Source of the DNA: Phyllobates terribilis
Lineage: Eukaryota
Assembly: GCF_046119375.1 (NCBI RefSeq)
Contig: NW_027362768.1
Span: 144,646,001-144,710,000, forward strand
Length of the DNA stretch: 64,000 nt
Direction of reading: 5' to 3'
The notes below the pieces were generated by a model. It was given only the letters and a program-made list of their open reading frames with translations. It was not told the origin of the DNA and did not search any database. Below, one piece after another: positions 59,868 to 64,000 of this stretch (positions within the stretch are counted from its first letter, which is position 1; every line of letters begins with the position of its first letter). A program made the position numbers and the translations under genes.

Positions 59868-60459
59868 ATGTTCTGATTTCACTGTCTAATTTTTCTGGCA
59901 AGCCACAGCTAGAAAGGGAAAAAGCTGCAGTACCAGTCACAGCCACTACTCCATGTGTGGAGCTATGCACGGCGGCTCCATCAATCATCTAATCGGCGTG
60001 AGGGAGCTGGGAGTCCGACCTTCAAACTATAATAATTATGACCAAGAAAACCGCTTTAATTATTTTGTACATTTCCAAGAGAAATAACAAAAGAAGATTC
60101 TGTATTCTTTCTAGTGTATTATATATATTTATTTCAGGGTCATCTGAGAACTCAGAATATTTGACAATCTGGTAACTATGTTTCCAGGTTAATCCCTTCA
60201 AGTCAGGGTGCATGTGTATGGAGCGAAGCAGTGACCGCTTGTAGCTCTGATCACTATGATTTAACTATTTGGGTGCTGCCAATCACTGACAGTGGCATTT
60301 AAATGGCATGCTTGTCGGTCAGTTGCCAGTGAGGGAAAAGTAATTTTCTTACATATTGCAATATTGTATCAAATCAAACAATTACAGGTCCAAGTCCCCC
60401 AGAGAGACTAAAACATAAAGTAATAAAATAGTAAAGAATAATATTTTTTTAAATATATC

Positions 60460-60670
60460 TATAAAATATATTAAAATATTAATATATATTAAAATATTAA
60501 TTATAAATATATAAAATATTTTATATTAAAATATTAATTATATATTTTAACATACTATACATAAAATGAATTATATATGTAGATATAAAAATATTAATTA
60601 TATAAATTATATATGTAGATACAAAAATATTATATATATATATATTTAAAAATAAAGATATATTTAAATG
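60460..60670. repeat. Extremely AT-rich low-complexity tract
   Basis: Almost only A/T, with repeated taaaatattaattata. Confidence 0.85.
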
Positions 60671-61249
60671 TGTGTAGTTTTCCTACATATTTAAGAGTCC
60701 AGACTATGAAAATATAAAATGAACCCGGGCACTGTGGTCCATATGTAGACCGTAAAATACGCCTGTCTTAAAAGAGTTCAAAATGTCGTTTGTACCCCAA
60801 AATAGTACAAATAAAATCTAATACTCGTGAAAAAGATATGAAAAAGTTCAGAAATAACTATTAAATCTTAAGCATTAAAATATTTACATATAAAAAAATA
60901 TATCGCTCGGTATTGCAGTAATCGTACCGACTTGGAGAATCCCATTAGCAGCTGATGTTTACAGCATAATGAACGGTGTAACAACAATGGCGGAATCGGG
61001 GGGGATTTCACCTGTTTTTCAATACATTTTGAGGTAAAATTAATGGTGTCGTTCAAAACTTCAACTCATCCTGAAAGAAAGAAAAACAAGCCCTAATATG
61101 GCTAAGTGTATGGTATAGAAACATAAAAAGAGTTATGGTTCCTGGAAGGGAAAAAAAACAAAAGTTAAAAAAAAGTTTAAATGATAAAGACGAGCGGAAC
61201 TGGATAGATATTAGTATATAAACGCAGCATACAGTGTGCACAGAGTCAT

Positions 61250-61700
61250 AGTGTGCAGCTGCGGCTCCTGTCTCCGGCTCTGCTGCTCTCGCACTGACTG
61301 TTGCTCCGGATCCGTCCTCTGACACTCACTACCCATCATCCCTTGCGCGCCAACATGGCGGTCTCCATGCTCGTCTCCTCCGCTCACAGAACCGGTCTCC
61401 GGTGCCTGAGTGTCAGCGCCAGCCGCAGCCGGAAGCAGGTGCAGCGTCCCCGGGAGAGGAAGGAGCCGCTGGAGATCCCGGGCCTGGAGCGGATCACGTA
61501 CGCGGACCGCTGTTACTACGTGCCCTGGCTAGCGCGGCCCAAGTACCAAGAGTTTCGCATGGACTGGAACCCGCAGCATTACCGCTCCCCGCCCGTCCAG
61601 CAGATGGCGCTGTACAAGGAGCAGCCCTCCTATGTGTTCAACCCCAAGTGCCGGCTGCTGGGAGGTATGGAGGGTCCCTGTATGTCAGGCCTCTGTCTGA
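61250..61700. promoter_or_regulatory. CpG-rich bidirectional promoter region CYB5RL/MRPL37 with YY1-type motif CAACATGGCGG (61351-61361)
   Basis: Head-to-head genes, high CpG density; AANATGGCG consensus overlaps the MRPL37 ATG. Confidence 0.65.
61355..61664 (+). CDS. MRPL37: MRPL37 exon 1 (mitochondrial ribosomal protein mL37)
   Basis: ccaacATGG Kozak; EIPGLERITY..VPWLARP..YRSPP..LYKEQ..CRLLG; G|GTATGG donor. Confidence 0.95.
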
Positions 61701-61820
61701 CCCTTCTCCTGCCCCGTACAGTTCTGGAGCTTTGTTTTCTTCCTCCTACAAAACTCTGAATAAATTGCCAGTTGGCAGTGCGTCCTTGCCTGGTCTGGTG
61801 TGTGCCAAACTACATAGTGG

Positions 61821-62480
61821 CTGGTCCGGGGACCGCGTAGGTGTGAGGGAAGACCGGTCCGGGGACCGCGTAGGTGTGAGGGAAGACCGGTCCGGGGACC
61901 GCGTAGGTGTGAGGGAAGACCGGTCCGGGGACCGCGTAGGGGCGAGGGAAGACCGGTCCGGGGACCGCGTAGGGGCGAGGGAAGACCGGTCCGGGGACCG
62001 CGTAGGGGCGAGGGAAGACCGGTCCGGGGGCGCGTAGGGGCGAGGGAAGACCGGTCCGGGGGCCGCGTAGGTGTGAGGGAAGACGGGGAGGACTGGTCCG
62101 GGGTCAGCGTAGATGTACAGGACGATGTCTAAGAGGGGGAGGACCGGTCCGGGGAACGCGTAGGTGTGAGGGAAGACCGGTCCGGGGACCGCGTAGCGGC
62201 GAGGGCAGACCTGTCCGGGGACCGCGTAGGGGCGAGGGCAGACCTGTCCGGGGACCGCGTAGGGGCGAGGGCAGACCGGTCCGGGGGCCGCGTAGGGGCG
62301 AGGGCAGACCGGTCCGGGGGCCGCGTTGGGGCGAGGGAAGACCGGTCCGGGGGCCGCGTTGGGGCGAGGGAAGACCAGTCCGGGGGCCGCGTTGGGGCGA
62401 GGGAAGACTGGGGGAGGACTGGTCCGGGGTCAGCGTAGATGTACAGGACAATGTCTAAGAGGGGGAGGACTGGTTCGGGG
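61821..62480. repeat. 33-bp G/CpG-rich minisatellite in MRPL37 intron 1, two higher-order blocks
   Basis: Unit ggggaccgcgtaggtgtgagggaagaccggtcc, about 8 copies twice, each block ending in gtcagcgtagatgtacaggac.atgtctaagagggg. Confidence 0.95.
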
Positions 62481-62909
62481 TCTGCTTGGTGGGAGGGGCG
62501 GCTCTAGCTTTGTGGGGCCTGGTGTGTAATCTGGAATAATTATGAGGTGTGCTAAAGGGGTTCACATACTATTTGTGATTCACATGCCTTATGTTGGGGG
62601 CATAAGGGGAAACATGCCCATATTCGGAATCTCTTTGATGTCGCTGTAGAATTGGCAAAGATGTGTAATAGCGGCTGTGGCATCTCTTGTTCTGGAGGAC
62701 CCGGCGTGTTCATGGATTCAGTGCAGTGCTTCTTGTCTCCTGTGGTGGCGCTGCAGGGATATTGAGCTTTTTTTTTTTTTCTTGTCCCGCACTGATCGTG
62801 GCTGATCTGCGGGGATGCGTCATTGCTACACCCTGTAATCTGCTCATTCTTAGGTTATGCTGCATTTTTCATCCCTGGCAGAGTCACATCTTCACCTTCT
62901 CTGTATCAG

Positions 62910-63093
62910 GTGTGAAGCAGGCGCTATGGCTGACAAAGTCCAAGCTGATAGAAGGTTTACCACAGAGGATAGTGGACGTATGTGAAGACCCGGCCTATAC
63001 ATTCCCCTGTCACCAGGACCTGGTGCACAATGCCATCTCCAATGCCTGTCTATGGAGCACCACCGAAGAAATAAGAGAGCGGGAAGAGTACTG
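62910..63093 (+). CDS. MRPL37: MRPL37 exon 2
   Basis: ctgtatcag acceptor; GVKQALWLTKSKLIEGLP...LWSTTEEI; TG|GTGAGT donor. Confidence 0.95.
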
Positions 63094-64000
63094 GTGAGTG
63101 TGGCGGTAGCTGGAGTCTGTTAAAGAGGGTGTCTCAGCTTCTTAAATGGGTAAAATTGCAATTTATTTATTGCTTACTGCTCATTGCCGACATATCGACC
63201 ACCTCTGCAGTGTAACAGAGTTAGCCAATAGTGCAGAGCTTACAAGCTCTTTGCTTCAGAGCTTGTAAGCTTCTCTGAATCTGGGTAGATCACTGGATCC
63301 ACCAAGCTTCAGTGTCCCTGCGCTCCTCACATGCTGCAGAGGTGAAGCATTGTAGCGATTTGGAACAAGGAGCGAAGAAAAAGAAGAGGAGAAACCGCAC
63401 TAGGGAGTCTTCAAAGAACTGGCTCTAGTGGGAGTCTAGTATCCCTTTCCCTATAAAACTGAACTATCACAAGATTGATCAATGCAAACTGCATACATTA
63501 TTAGATCTCTTAGACCCAATGAGGCTGGGGAACTTACTTTAAAAATACAGTACATGTTAACATGATTATACAATCCTCAAATTAAAATGAAGAGGACTTA
63601 TTTTAATATTAGGCAGGGAAACTTTCCCAAAGAACCATACAGCTATTCTGAGATGGATGTTTTTTTTTTTAAGTAAGTACACCAGCCTCATCAGGTCTAG
63701 AAGTTTTATTTATTAATGTATGCACAGTGTATATTGTGAGACGATCTGCTCTTAAGAAAAAAACAAAGATGAAGAAAAAATTAAATTTTTCTTTTGTTTT
63801 AAGTCCTAAGCTGCTGCAAAACCTCCTGCATTTGTGCCAGACACAGAACCACATCTATCCTTCACTGTCACAGAGGACAATTGTGGAGGATTGGAAATTG
63901 GCGACTTCTTGGCATAAAGGTAAACTCCGTCTATAAAGATTAACCCCATGTGTGTGTGTTAGGTGCATTTCACATCACTTTGATGTGGCTGTAACCGCCC

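Noticed and set aside
61053-61325. Minus-strand ORF MSEDGSG... as a CYB5RL N-terminal extension
   Set aside because: GTG start immediately inside a likely donor site, runs into repeat DNA, no similarity to CYB5RL.
61402-62451. 211-aa alternate-frame ORF over MRPL37 exon 1 and other intron-1 ORFs
   Set aside because: Open because of GC-rich codon bias and the 33-bp (multiple-of-three) repeat; no independent coding evidence.

Overview
Eukaryotic, not prokaryotic: a transposon-dense vertebrate window, most likely from a frog or toad given the TE families present. It has two N-gaps (24981-25154, 34350-34508). Host genes: CYB5RL (minus strand, 6 coding exons, 59527 to 50508, about 309 aa) lies head-to-head with MRPL37 (plus strand, exons 1-2). 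A multi-exon Tctex-type dynein light-chain gene (plus, about 28.6-33.6 kb, N-terminus unresolved) converges on CYB5RL. There is also an orphan minus-strand terminal exon with a TM helix at 57-230. The rest is nested mobile DNA: an L2 LINE with a 2A-like motif, split by a hAT element with an 8-bp TSD; a truncated Ngaro and a full-length DIRS1-type tyrosine-recombinase retrotransposon (ITRs + ICR, apparent intron in gag); four DD38E (Intruder-type) Tc1 copies, DD34E Tc1 copies, many TTAA-bounded palindromic MITEs and three G-rich minisatellite families. The most unusual signal is a set of foldback insertions flanked by 10-16 bp direct repeats that carry hammerhead-ribozyme-like motifs with palindromic stem III, as in Penelope-like elements. 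The largest is a 3.3-kb element with 1-kb inverted arms inserted in a Tc1 copy. All calls were made by eye; no database searches or folding runs were performed.
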